A stretch of 64,000 bases of DNA from Candidatus Omnitrophota bacterium (GTDB lineage Bacteria > Omnitrophota > Gorgyraeia > 2-02-FULL-51-18): the NCBI GenBank assembly GCA_016206805.1, contig JACQQX010000016.1, positions 13,256-77,255 of the forward strand. The letters run 5' to 3'. Shown piece after piece: positions 18,872 through 27,596 of this stretch (positions are counted from its first letter, which is position 1; each line of letters opens with the position of its first letter). Below the pieces are notes generated by a model. The model was not told the origin of the DNA. It made no database searches and saw only the letters and a program-made list of their open reading frames with translations. The position numbers and the translations under genes were made by a program.

Positions 18872-19848
18872 AATCTCTCCTTGGCGTATTGATCGCAAAG
18901 TCTATCCAGCATTTTGCGGTATTGAGGCCTGACTTTTTCTTTTTTGAGAATAGCTTCCATACGCTTGGCTTGTTCTTCCAGAAAAGTACTGGGAAAAACG
19001 CGTGGCACATTGGCTTCGCTCATGATTTGACGGGTGCGCGCCGTTGGCAGGGTTTTCAGGAGTTTTTGGATACGGTTTAAAAATAGCGCCGGGCCTTGGG
19101 CAAACCGCTCGAACGGAACCCGTAGGAATTTCTTTTTATCGGCATTGGAAAGCCGTCGGTAACGAGCCTGAAAACTTTTGTCAAAATGGTCCATCACGCG
19201 GATGGCCTGTTCCATGCGTCCCAAGGACGCGTATTCTTTAGCCCAACCCGCCGCAAACCACGGCACCACCTTGCCGCCCGACTGGCAGCATAGCTGAAAT
19301 TCACGCGGATCATTTCCAATGCGTTTATCCCATTGACCTTCATACCAGCTTTCGACAAGCCACAACGGATGGCGCTCCATGAGAATATAAAGCTTAAGAC
19401 GGTCCTTAAAAGCCCCGAACAAAATATCCGAAGCCCCAAAAATATAATGCGTCATGAGAAATAGAATTGATTTTTTCTTTTGGATCTGTCGGACAGTGGC
19501 ATCTCCGGCCGGAGAAGCGGCTTTGAGCCTGTAAACTTCTTCTAAACCGTTTTTAGCTGCGCCACTGTCATCGTCTTTTCTAAAATTGGTGTTGCGGCCG
19601 ATCGACTGATGATAAAGGTCAATGTCGGAAAAAAGCTGAAGCATCATCGCGCAGGCTTTTTTATCGATTTTTCCAAGCAGATGAAGCGTTGAAAGCGACT
19701 CAAAAAGATAATCCAGACACCAGAGCTCCGCCCGCTCCATCGAGGAAAGAACCGGCGCCAGAAGCGTTTTGCCGGAACGGGAAAATCCATCGATGATGAC
19801 GATATTCTTGGCCAGCCGCTGGGGCCGTATCATCTCAAGAGACGACAT
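18868..19848 (-). CDS. Sulfotransferase-fold / P-loop-like protein
   Basis: IVIIDGFSRSGKTLL resembles the sulfotransferase 5'-PSB loop; ERHP and VPFERF resemble the RDP and vrYEdl elements. Confidence 0.55.
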   Translation of the reverse strand: MSSLEMIRPQRLAKNIVIIDGFSRSGKTLLAPVLSSMERAELWCLDYLFESLSTLHLLGKIDKKACAMMLQLFSDIDLYHQSIGRNTNFRKDDDSGAAKNGLEEVYRLKAASPAGDATVRQIQKKKSILFLMTHYIFGASDILFGAFKDRLKLYILMERHPLWLVESWYEGQWDKRIGNDPREFQLCCQSGGKVVPWFAAGWAKEYASLGRMEQAIRVMDHFDKSFQARYRRLSNADKKKFLRVPFERFAQGPALFLNRIQKLLKTLPTARTRQIMSEANVPRVFPSTFLEEQAKRMEAILKKEKVRPQYRKMLDRLCDQYAKERL

Positions 19849-21037
19849 GTTTCAGTACCCATTGGTTTTCGGTTTTCTCCCAAACATTGGAGATCGCGCG
19901 GTAACGGTCCATCACTTCCCAGAAAAAAGGCTCTTCGATATCCATGTAATCCAAAAACCATTGAAAGTATTTTTGTGGGAACTCGCCGTCATAACGGCGC
20001 GTGAGACGCACACCCTCTTCTCGCGTCAGATGATGCCGGCGGATATCCTGCTGGGCGTCGCGTGAGGCGCGACACATGCCAAATTTCATATAACTCAAAT
20101 ACCAGTGAAAACCATCAGCCTTGTCGTCCAGGCTGACATATTTATTGTAAGTGCCTTCCGAGCGGCCATCGTCATTGCACTCGAACCCGCAATATTGGAC
20201 CGCGTAATAAAAATTCTCCTGCGGCGTCCACTTTTGATAATAAGAATACCAGTGGCCTTCCACTCCCAGCTTCCGGATTTCTTCGACGGGAGGCGCTTTG
20301 TACCATTCGAGTGCCTTGCCCACTTCACTTTCTTTGAGAATCCCCCTCTTCAATCCCACGGCCGCGATATCATCCACCGTGGCGCCCTTAAACTGCTCCA
20401 CAATCCAGTCTTCCGGACCCTGTTTGGGCAGATTTTTAAATTTTTCCTGTCCGCCGTATTCCAACTCCCCATTTTCACCGTAAAAAATGAGGCTCAAACC
20501 AAACCGCCGGGCCATGTGATAAGCCCATGATTTTTGGCCGTAAGTGAATGGCTCCCAAGCGTCACCCTTGAGCTCAAACGCCAGCTTGGTCAGCTTGCGG
20601 TGAATGGAGCCATCCGGCTGACCCAAGAGATTGCTGAATCCTGAGTTGATAAAGTTCTGGAGATTTTTATAGCCGATGTCGGTGTATTCAAACGGCGTCC
20701 ATGTCACGCATAAAGGGTGCATGCCCCAGCGGACCTTGAGCTGATGCGCTACAAAAACGCTGTCCTTGCCGCCGGAGCCCGGCACGATGCAGTCAAAACT
20801 GCCGTCTTTAGAACGATGTTTCTCCAGAAGTTGCTCAAGCTCCGATTCCCGTTTTTTCCAATTCACCGCATGGTCTTTTTCGTAAGCCCATAAACAGGCC
20901 GAGCAAATCCCGTCTTCCGTGAAGCGCGTACGCGGCCGCTGATTAGAAACTACACAGTTGCGGCAAAAACGCACCTCTTTGGGAAGCGAGTCCAATTGCT
21001 TATCGAGGATGAGTGTGGGTTTCTGCGCTGGGTTCAT
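19835..21037 (-). CDS. N-acetyl sugar amidotransferase (WbuX/PseA-like, acetamidino-forming)
   Basis: CRNC...CSAC zinc motif, PP-loop SGGKDS, YGENGELEYGG, SLDDK..FH.YL.YMKFG; adjacent to HisH/HisF paralogues. Confidence 0.88.
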   Translation of the reverse strand: MNPAQKPTLILDKQLDSLPKEVRFCRNCVVSNQRPRTRFTEDGICSACLWAYEKDHAVNWKKRESELEQLLEKHRSKDGSFDCIVPGSGGKDSVFVAHQLKVRWGMHPLCVTWTPFEYTDIGYKNLQNFINSGFSNLLGQPDGSIHRKLTKLAFELKGDAWEPFTYGQKSWAYHMARRFGLSLIFYGENGELEYGGQEKFKNLPKQGPEDWIVEQFKGATVDDIAAVGLKRGILKESEVGKALEWYKAPPVEEIRKLGVEGHWYSYYQKWTPQENFYYAVQYCGFECNDDGRSEGTYNKYVSLDDKADGFHWYLSYMKFGMCRASRDAQQDIRRHHLTREEGVRLTRRYDGEFPQKYFQWFLDYMDIEEPFFWEVMDRYRAISNVWEKTENQWVLKHVVS

Positions 21038-21690
21038 TTTTTAGAAATAAAATTTTTAAGGATGCGTAAACCCATTTCCCCGCTGCGTTCCGGATGAAAT
21101 TGGCAACCCTGAATATTATCTTGTAACAACACCGAGCAAAAACGGTCCTGCCCATATTCGGTTTGAGCCAACCAGGCCTGAGCGCTCTCCGGATAAACGC
21201 AATAGGAGTGAACAAAATACATGCAAGGTGCTTCATCCAGCCCATTCAAAAGCGTATCGCGCCAATTCCCGCCCTTGGAAGCGAGGGTCAGCCGATTCCA
21301 GCCGATTTGCGGGATTTTATAAGACTGCCCATTGTTGGGCGCCTGGAAACGACGCACTTTTCCGGCAATCAAATTTAAACCATCGTGAGAACCGCCCTCT
21401 TCGGAATGCGTCATCAAAAGCTGCATGCCCAGGCAAATCCCAAGAACGGGACAGCCCTCAGCCGCACGCTTGCGGATCGCGCTCACCAAGCCGCGCTCAT
21501 TCAAATACCGCATGCCCGCCTCAAAAGCACCCACGCCGGGCAGAATCAGTTTTTTAGCGGATAAAATATCTTCCGGTTTTCCGGAGATCACCGAAGACGC
21601 TCCTAAAAGATCAAGGGCCCGCTGGACATTAAAAAGATTGCCCACGCCGTAATCGATGATCACCGCGTCCGGGCTTTTAGCGTTTGGCAT
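21034..21690 (-). CDS. hisH: HisH-like glutamine amidotransferase (WbuY-type glycan-locus paralogue)
   Basis: IDYGVGNL, LPGVGAF, GICLGMQ, YFVHSY, QFHPERS. Confidence 0.9.
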   Translation of the reverse strand: MPNAKSPDAVIIDYGVGNLFNVQRALDLLGASSVISGKPEDILSAKKLILPGVGAFEAGMRYLNERGLVSAIRKRAAEGCPVLGICLGMQLLMTHSEEGGSHDGLNLIAGKVRRFQAPNNGQSYKIPQIGWNRLTLASKGGNWRDTLLNGLDEAPCMYFVHSYCVYPESAQAWLAQTEYGQDRFCSVLLQDNIQGCQFHPERSGEMGLRILKNFISKK

Positions 21691-22585
21691 AAGCCAGTCC
21701 CCGCACCGGAACGCCGCATTCATCCAGATAATTTTTAAGCTCAGGCAAACCCACGTGATTCACCATAATATTTTTGTAACCGCCGTAACCGTCTTTCAAA
21801 AAATCAATATTGCCGGAGTCGATATCTTCCCCCATCCGCAGCCGAGACTCATCAAAAGACATCCATCGCCGGTTGTCGCCAGGTGCAGTCGCATAATAAT
21901 AATGAAAAACCGACGCCGCGCTGACCGCGTCAGCCGCGCCCTGTGCAATGACTGAAAGAAAATCTTCCTTCTTTCCGGCTCCGCCTCCGGCAATCACCGG
22001 CACCGGCACCGCCTTCGCAACTTTAGACGTAAAGTCGACATCAAACCCATTGCCCATGCCATCGCGACGGATAGAGGTCAAAAGAATTTCTCCGGCGCCC
22101 AGGTCTACCGCGCGCCGCGCCCAGTCAAAAGCATCAATACCGGTCGGTTGACGGCCATAGTCGGTCCACACTTCATAACCGCCATGCGTTGTTTGATAAA
22201 ACTCAATGCTGGCAACGATACATTGCGAACCAAAAATCTGAGCGGCTTCTTTTAAAAGATTGGGATTTTCGATGGCGGCGGTATTGATCGCGACTTTGTC
22301 GGCGCCCGCGCGAAGGATTTCCCGGATATCTTCAACACTGCGGATGCCGCCGGCGACTGTCATCGGGATAAAAATCTTGGCGGCGGTTTTACGGATGTAT
22401 TCCAAAAGCGAATTGCGCCGGTAAAGACTGGCCACCGTATCATAAAAAATAAGTTCGTCCGCCCCTTCGCGGTAATAAATCTCGGCCAGCGCGTCCGGAG
22501 TCCCCAAAACACGATTGCCGTCAAACTGTATTCCTTTGACGACATTAGGCCCTTTAATGTCCAGGCGCGGGATGATTCTTACCAT
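21677..22585 (-). CDS. hisF: HisF-like cyclase (WbuZ-type glycan-locus paralogue)
   Basis: RIIPRLDIK, VVKG, GADEL, GGIRS, GADKVAINTAA, LLTSIRRDG, PVIAGGG; carries a C-terminal insertion. Confidence 0.88.
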   Translation of the reverse strand: MVRIIPRLDIKGPNVVKGIQFDGNRVLGTPDALAEIYYREGADELIFYDTVASLYRRNSLLEYIRKTAAKIFIPMTVAGGIRSVEDIREILRAGADKVAINTAAIENPNLLKEAAQIFGSQCIVASIEFYQTTHGGYEVWTDYGRQPTGIDAFDWARRAVDLGAGEILLTSIRRDGMGNGFDVDFTSKVAKAVPVPVIAGGGAGKKEDFLSVIAQGAADAVSAASVFHYYYATAPGDNRRWMSFDESRLRMGEDIDSGNIDFLKDGYGGYKNIMVNHVGLPELKNYLDECGVPVRGLAYAKR

Positions 22586-23379
22586 ACGCTCAAACCCCCA
22601 TCGACCACCAGGCACTGGCCCGTCACGTAACTGGAAGCGTCCGATGCCAAGAAAATAAGCGCGCCGGTCATTTCATTGGGCTTAGCCATTCTCCCCATCG
22701 GCACGCGTCGCGAATAATTTTGAATAAACGTTTTATCCTGCCCGTTTTCCACGCCACCCGGGACAATGGCATTGACACGAATATTTTTGGACGCCCAATC
22801 GGCGGCAAGATGCTTGGTCAGGCCAATCACACCGGCTTTGGACGCCGTATACACCGCCGGCGCGCTTAACTCCCGGGGTTTAGGATAAATACGCTGGTCG
22901 GGCGCCATGAGACCATAAATCGAAGCGGTTTGGATGATGCTGCCGCCTTGATGCCTTGCCATCCGGCCGCCCACGGTTTGCGCGACCAAAAACATGCCGT
23001 CCAAATTAACAGCCATGACTTCCCGCCAGGACGAAAGATCCATGCCCGCCGCGTTTTTGTAAAAATCGGAAGAATGCTTAAGTTTTGTAGCGGCGTTATT
23101 ATGCAAAATAGAAATGGGCCCTAGCGTCTTCTCCGCCAGGGAAACCATTCGCCGGACGCTTTGGGGATCGGAAACGTCACAACCGATGCCGACGGCTTTT
23201 ACCTCGTATTTTCCGGCAATTTCCAGCGCGAATTTTTTACAAACAGCCTCATCAACGTCCACGATGGCCACATTCGCCCCGTAATCCGCCAACGCCCGGC
23301 AAAAATAACGCCCTAAAAACCCCGAGCCGCCGGTCACCACGGCGTTCTTTTTTGAAAGGTCAAACAGACTGGGTTTCAT
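22579..23379 (-). CDS. Short-chain dehydrogenase/reductase (PtmA/ElaC-like)
   Basis: VTGGSGFLG, NNAA, ASIYG, YTASK, IRVNAI.PGG, VDGG. Confidence 0.88.
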   Translation of the reverse strand: MKPSLFDLSKKNAVVTGGSGFLGRYFCRALADYGANVAIVDVDEAVCKKFALEIAGKYEVKAVGIGCDVSDPQSVRRMVSLAEKTLGPISILHNNAATKLKHSSDFYKNAAGMDLSSWREVMAVNLDGMFLVAQTVGGRMARHQGGSIIQTASIYGLMAPDQRIYPKPRELSAPAVYTASKAGVIGLTKHLAADWASKNIRVNAIVPGGVENGQDKTFIQNYSRRVPMGRMAKPNEMTGALIFLASDASSYVTGQCLVVDGGLSVW

Positions 23380-23647
23380 GTTTATCCACCTTAAAATAAA
23401 CGCGCAAGTACATGGCGATACACGCCGCCAGGAAAATGAGAGCAAGGACGTACTTTACCTGGAGCGGCCGCTGGTCGATCAAAAGAGCATACCAGAGCGC
23501 AATAATGTTTCCGATAAAAGAAATCAGGAGCAGCCGGAAACTCAGCCCGGCCACCGTTTTTGTCTTAATCGTTTTCATGATTTGAGGCCAGTAGCAGGCG
23601 GTGAAAAGAACGGTGGCCGTCCAACCCAAAATGTCGGCGAGGGTCAT
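23360..23647 (-). CDS. PQ-loop / SemiSWEET-family small transporter
   Basis: 95 aa, three TM helices, YWPQIMKTIKTK..AGLS signature; overlaps both neighbours. Confidence 0.8.
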   Translation of the reverse strand: MTLADILGWTATVLFTACYWPQIMKTIKTKTVAGLSFRLLLISFIGNIIALWYALLIDQRPLQVKYVLALIFLAACIAMYLRVYFKVDKHETQSV

Positions 23648-24351
23648 GATTTTTTTTCTCCTTTTCTCGTCATCAAAAAGCCAACGATTTCAAAATCCAG
23701 CTCACTATCGATGTCCAAAGACCGCTCGGGCGGCATTTCATAAAACCGGGTGGCCTTGTTGAAAAGCGGGTCTTCGCGGAAAAGATTTTTCCGGTTCCAC
23801 ACGTAAATCGAGGCGTTCATGTCATAACACCGGGGGGAATCCTGCCTTCGCAAAACCGGCGCCGCCGGCGGTTTTGAAAGTTTCGGCGCGCCATTCTTGC
23901 CCAGCTCGACAAGGTTAAAATAAGGGGAACGCCGCGACGCGGCGCCAGTGATCACGTTGGCCGCGTCGCTTTTTTCGAGAAGGCTTACAGCTTTCAAGAT
24001 ATCGTCGACATGCCGCAAAGGAGAGGTGGGGTCCAGGTCGCATACTGTTTCAAAAATAAAACCCGTACTTTTCTCGACCGCTGACACGCAATGACGGATG
24101 GCCGGCAGCTTGGGAGCGTGGTCCGTGGCAAGTTTGGCCGGCCGCCGGATCAGAAAATCAGCCCCCCATTTCCTGCCGGCTTCGAGGATGGCAGCCGAGT
24201 CACTGGTGACCGCGATAGCGGTAAAAAGTCCCGAGGCTTTTGCCTGGGAAATCGTATGGGCGATCAGGGGTTTACCGGCCAGTGGACGGATATTTTTATT
24301 TTTTACGCCTTTGGATCCGCCGCGCGCGCAAATCACGCAAAGCCTTTTCAT
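23644..24351 (-). CDS. neuA: CMP-nonulosonate synthetase (acylneuraminate cytidylyltransferase; NeuA/PtmB/ElaB-like)
   Basis: ARGGSKGVKNKNI, VTSDS, DPTSPLR, NASIY, SLDIDSELD. Confidence 0.92.
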   Translation of the reverse strand: MKRLCVICARGGSKGVKNKNIRPLAGKPLIAHTISQAKASGLFTAIAVTSDSAAILEAGRKWGADFLIRRPAKLATDHAPKLPAIRHCVSAVEKSTGFIFETVCDLDPTSPLRHVDDILKAVSLLEKSDAANVITGAASRRSPYFNLVELGKNGAPKLSKPPAAPVLRRQDSPRCYDMNASIYVWNRKNLFREDPLFNKATRFYEMPPERSLDIDSELDFEIVGFLMTRKGEKKS

Positions 24352-25256
24352 CGCTTCACCCAGCTTTTCTTTTTAGCCGCTTTTTCCGCGGCAGCAATGA
24401 GGCTCATGACTTCCATCCCCTCACTGAGCCTGGCCACATCGTGGAATTTTCCTTTGAGCGCCGATTCATGCTGCCACCGGTAAGTGGCGTCGCGATCGAT
24501 TTCAAAACTTTCAATCTCTCCATCCACCCGAAGCGTTCCGCCGATCAAATCCACCTTATAACTGTGCCGGTCCGTGTTGATAAAAACTTCACGGCGCGGA
24601 TTTCTATCGATATAATTGATCTGAAGTGAAACTGCCCGGCAGCGGCGCGTGGTCATCAAAAGACAAAACACATCGTCGCTAGTGATTTTGAGCTTGCTGA
24701 AATGTCCGCCAATAGCCGCCACCGAAGTCCAGCCACCCAATAACCAGTTCAGATAATCCAGCTCATGACTCAAATCCCTCAATACCCCGCCGCCGGCTTT
24801 TTTATCCGCCGAATAACCGCGGCGATAATCCGCTTGCCGCCAGGACGGCAGGAAACTGCCGGCATATACCTGCGTGGAAATAATAGTTTCCTTCTTCAGT
24901 AAGACGCTCAGTTTCTGCAGCGCCGGATGAAAACGCAAATTATAAGCCACGCCGATATATTTAAAATGATTCACGGGGAATGAGGCTGCCTGCGCGAAAA
25001 CCGGCTTCTCAATCAAAAGCGCGCCTTTAAAACCGCTCTGTTTTAATTCCAGCACCGTCTTTCGATGGTCACTTGTCTTATTGGCAATCACCACATAATC
25101 CGGTTTTTCTTTTGAAAGTGCCGCCGCCAGCGTTTTGTAGCTGGGTTTAAAATCAATATTCCGCTTGGACACCACCGCTATCGGACATCCCAATGCCTTT
25201 AAAATCCTCGCGTGCCGCGAACCAATGGAACCATAACCGATGACAAGGGTCTTCAT
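24348..25256 (-). CDS. Gfo/Idh/MocA oxidoreductase (PtmF/ElaA-like)
   Basis: IGYGSIGSRH, IEKP, YNLRFHP, GGGVLRDLSHELD. Confidence 0.88.
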   Translation of the reverse strand: MKTLVIGYGSIGSRHARILKALGCPIAVVSKRNIDFKPSYKTLAAALSKEKPDYVVIANKTSDHRKTVLELKQSGFKGALLIEKPVFAQAASFPVNHFKYIGVAYNLRFHPALQKLSVLLKKETIISTQVYAGSFLPSWRQADYRRGYSADKKAGGGVLRDLSHELDYLNWLLGGWTSVAAIGGHFSKLKITSDDVFCLLMTTRRCRAVSLQINYIDRNPRREVFINTDRHSYKVDLIGGTLRVDGEIESFEIDRDATYRWQHESALKGKFHDVARLSEGMEVMSLIAAAEKAAKKKSWVKR

Positions 25257-26728
25257 TTGACCGTGGCCTTTAACGCGCGATTCATCACGCGATGGTGTTC
25301 GATTTTTTCATGGATATCCTTGCAAACCCGCTCAATAGCCCCCGGCTTAATGCCATTGGAAGATGGCAAACTGATTCCGCGCGCGGAAAGCGCTTCGGTC
25401 ACTGGAAATGGGTCTGAGGAACGATAGGGCGGCTGGTGATGCAGCGGATAAAAGAAGGTACGCGTCTCAATCCCTTCCCTTTCCAGCCCGCGAACCAGCT
25501 CATCACGCGTGATGCCCGTCTTTTTTTCATCAATGAGAATCGAATACAACCAGTAAATGTTTTTGGCCCAGGGCATCTCGGGCGGCAATGTAATCCCAGG
25601 CAGGCCTTTGAAACCAGCCGTGTAATGCTGAGCAATTTTCCGGCGGCTGGCCAGGAAACGGTCGATCTGCTCTAGCTGCGCCAGACCAATCGCGGCCTGG
25701 AGATTGGTCATGCGGTAATTGAATCCGGCCACCTCATGCCAATAACGCCGGCCACGCCGCATGCCATGATCGCGCAAAACCATCATCTTGTCGTATAACG
25801 AAGCGTCCGCGCAGGTCACCATCCCGCCTTCTCCTGTCGTAATCACTTTGTTTGAAAAAAAACTAAAACAGGCGGCGTCCCCAAATGTCCCAACCTTCTT
25901 GCCTTTGTATTCAGCGCCCAGCGCCTCAGCGCAATCTTCAACAACAAAAAGTTTTCTTTTCTCGGCCAAGGCCATGATTGGGTCCATATCGCAAGGATGT
26001 CCATACAAATGAACCGGCATAATGACTTTTGTCCGTGGGGTCAGAACCGATTCAAGCTTAGCCGGATCCATATTCCAATAATTTTTAGTCACATCCACGA
26101 GAATGGGTTTGGCGCCGCTATGAATCACCGCATTGGCGCTGGCCGCGAACGTTAGATTGGGAACAATCACTTCATCGCCCGGCCCCACACCCAGCGCGGT
26201 TAATGCCAGGTGAAGCGCGGCCGTGCCATTGCAGGTGGCCGTCGCGTAAGACATGTCATGGTATTTGGCAAAAGCGACTTCAAAAGACTTCACATAAGGC
26301 CCTTGGGATGAAATCCAATTGGTCGCGATGCAATCCATCACGTATTTCATTTCATTGCCCGCCAACACCGGCTCCATAATGGGCATGCGCCACATTTCAG
26401 CCCATGAAAGCACGTCAACCAGGCGCCCTTTCGCGTCCAAAATAGGCAAATGGCGAATTTCATCGGTCAACAACCGCACATTTTCTTCATGGGAAGCATT
26501 CGCGCGGCCGCTGGTGAATTTCTGTCTCAAAAAACGGGTAGCCGGCATATCCAGCGTAGCGTCTTTCAAAAAGGCGCGGCGCACGTCCCCATCCGTCATC
26601 ACGCCAACCATGCGCTTATCAGTCCCTACAAAAAAAACAGCTCCCAACGCTCCCTGATTGAGCCTATCCAAAACATCCTTTAAGGTCGCCTTTTCAGAAA
26701 CAACGTTATTGAGGAAATCTTTAGGCAT
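25253..26728 (-). CDS. CBS-pair fused to a DegT/DnrJ/EryC1/StrS PLP aminotransferase (perosamine-synthase-like)
   Basis: N-terminal VGVMTDGDVRR...IRHLPILD CBS pair, then NWISSQG, NGTAALHLAL, VHLYGHP, EDCAEA, SFFSNKVITTGEGG (PLP Lys), GFNYRMTN. Confidence 0.9.
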   Translation of the reverse strand: MPKDFLNNVVSEKATLKDVLDRLNQGALGAVFFVGTDKRMVGVMTDGDVRRAFLKDATLDMPATRFLRQKFTSGRANASHEENVRLLTDEIRHLPILDAKGRLVDVLSWAEMWRMPIMEPVLAGNEMKYVMDCIATNWISSQGPYVKSFEVAFAKYHDMSYATATCNGTAALHLALTALGVGPGDEVIVPNLTFAASANAVIHSGAKPILVDVTKNYWNMDPAKLESVLTPRTKVIMPVHLYGHPCDMDPIMALAEKRKLFVVEDCAEALGAEYKGKKVGTFGDAACFSFFSNKVITTGEGGMVTCADASLYDKMMVLRDHGMRRGRRYWHEVAGFNYRMTNLQAAIGLAQLEQIDRFLASRRKIAQHYTAGFKGLPGITLPPEMPWAKNIYWLYSILIDEKKTGITRDELVRGLEREGIETRTFFYPLHHQPPYRSSDPFPVTEALSARGISLPSSNGIKPGAIERVCKDIHEKIEHHRVMNRALKATVK

Positions 26729-27596
26729 TCAAAGGCTCCTTGAGTCGGGAGTTAATGAGTTTGATTTGAGCGGCAATGGTTTCCGGCGAAAGACGGTAGG
26801 ACTCTAGCACCCAAGGAACCCGCGGTGGAATGTGATTGGCCAACGGTTTCCAAAACCAGGAGTCCTCACTCAACGGTTCATTGGTGTCGGCGGAACCGTC
26901 ATTGTCACTCAAATGAACCGCGCGAATCGCCTCGGAAAGCTCGTGTACCGCCCGTACGGCATTAAATCCTAGCGCGATGGCCGATACTTTCAAATGCGCG
27001 ACATCCAAAAGAAGTCCCAGGTTTTTTCTTCCCACCGCTTTCAAGACAGCCAAAACTTCGTCGGCGGTAACCGCCAGCAACAATTCGTTCTTTCCATCGA
27101 TTCGGTTAAACGGCGCGAACACATTATTCTCAAAAAGGAACCCCGTGCCACGATTGGCCGCATAATCGGCCAACATTCCTAAACTTTCGTGAAAAATCGC
27201 AAGGGCGGTGTCCTTAGAGATACGTCCCAATCCCGTTTGTTTCCGGCCCAAATGCTCGGGAGCCGCATGAAAACAAAATCCCGAATGCACGCTATAAAAC
27301 GGTGACTCCAAAAGCACGCATAAATCAATGGCAGCTTTGCAATGCTGACGGCTTTTTTCAAGTGTGTCTGCATCATCAGAAGCAAGATTTAAAACAAAAG
27401 GTTTGGCGGGCGTTGGAAAATAATTATGGACCAAAAACTGAAGATGGGACTTGGCTTTTAAAACCACCGGCAGCATGCTCTCGTCATAAAGCGCGGCGGA
27501 GCTGAGCTCAACGCGCTTCCATCCGCGGCTTTGGCAAAGCGCGATGATCTCAAGAACCGATTTTTTTCCGAAAGCGCCTGTAGAAAGATAAATCAA
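26721..27596 (-). CDS. TIM-barrel metalloprotein (AP-endonuclease-2/xylose-isomerase-like)
   Basis: HNYFP, SVHSG, FENN, LDVAHL, HLSDNDG and VLE metal-ligand pattern. Confidence 0.75.
   Translation of the reverse strand: MIYLSTGAFGKKSVLEIIALCQSRGWKRVELSSAALYDESMLPVVLKAKSHLQFLVHNYFPTPAKPFVLNLASDDADTLEKSRQHCKAAIDLCVLLESPFYSVHSGFCFHAAPEHLGRKQTGLGRISKDTALAIFHESLGMLADYAANRGTGFLFENNVFAPFNRIDGKNELLLAVTADEVLAVLKAVGRKNLGLLLDVAHLKVSAIALGFNAVRAVHELSEAIRAVHLSDNDGSADTNEPLSEDSWFWKPLANHIPPRVPWVLESYRLSPETIAAQIKLINSRLKEPLNA

Noticed and set aside
21034-22585. Histidine biosynthesis operon
   Set aside because: Only HisH/HisF paralogues, coupled to a sugar amidotransferase; no other his genes
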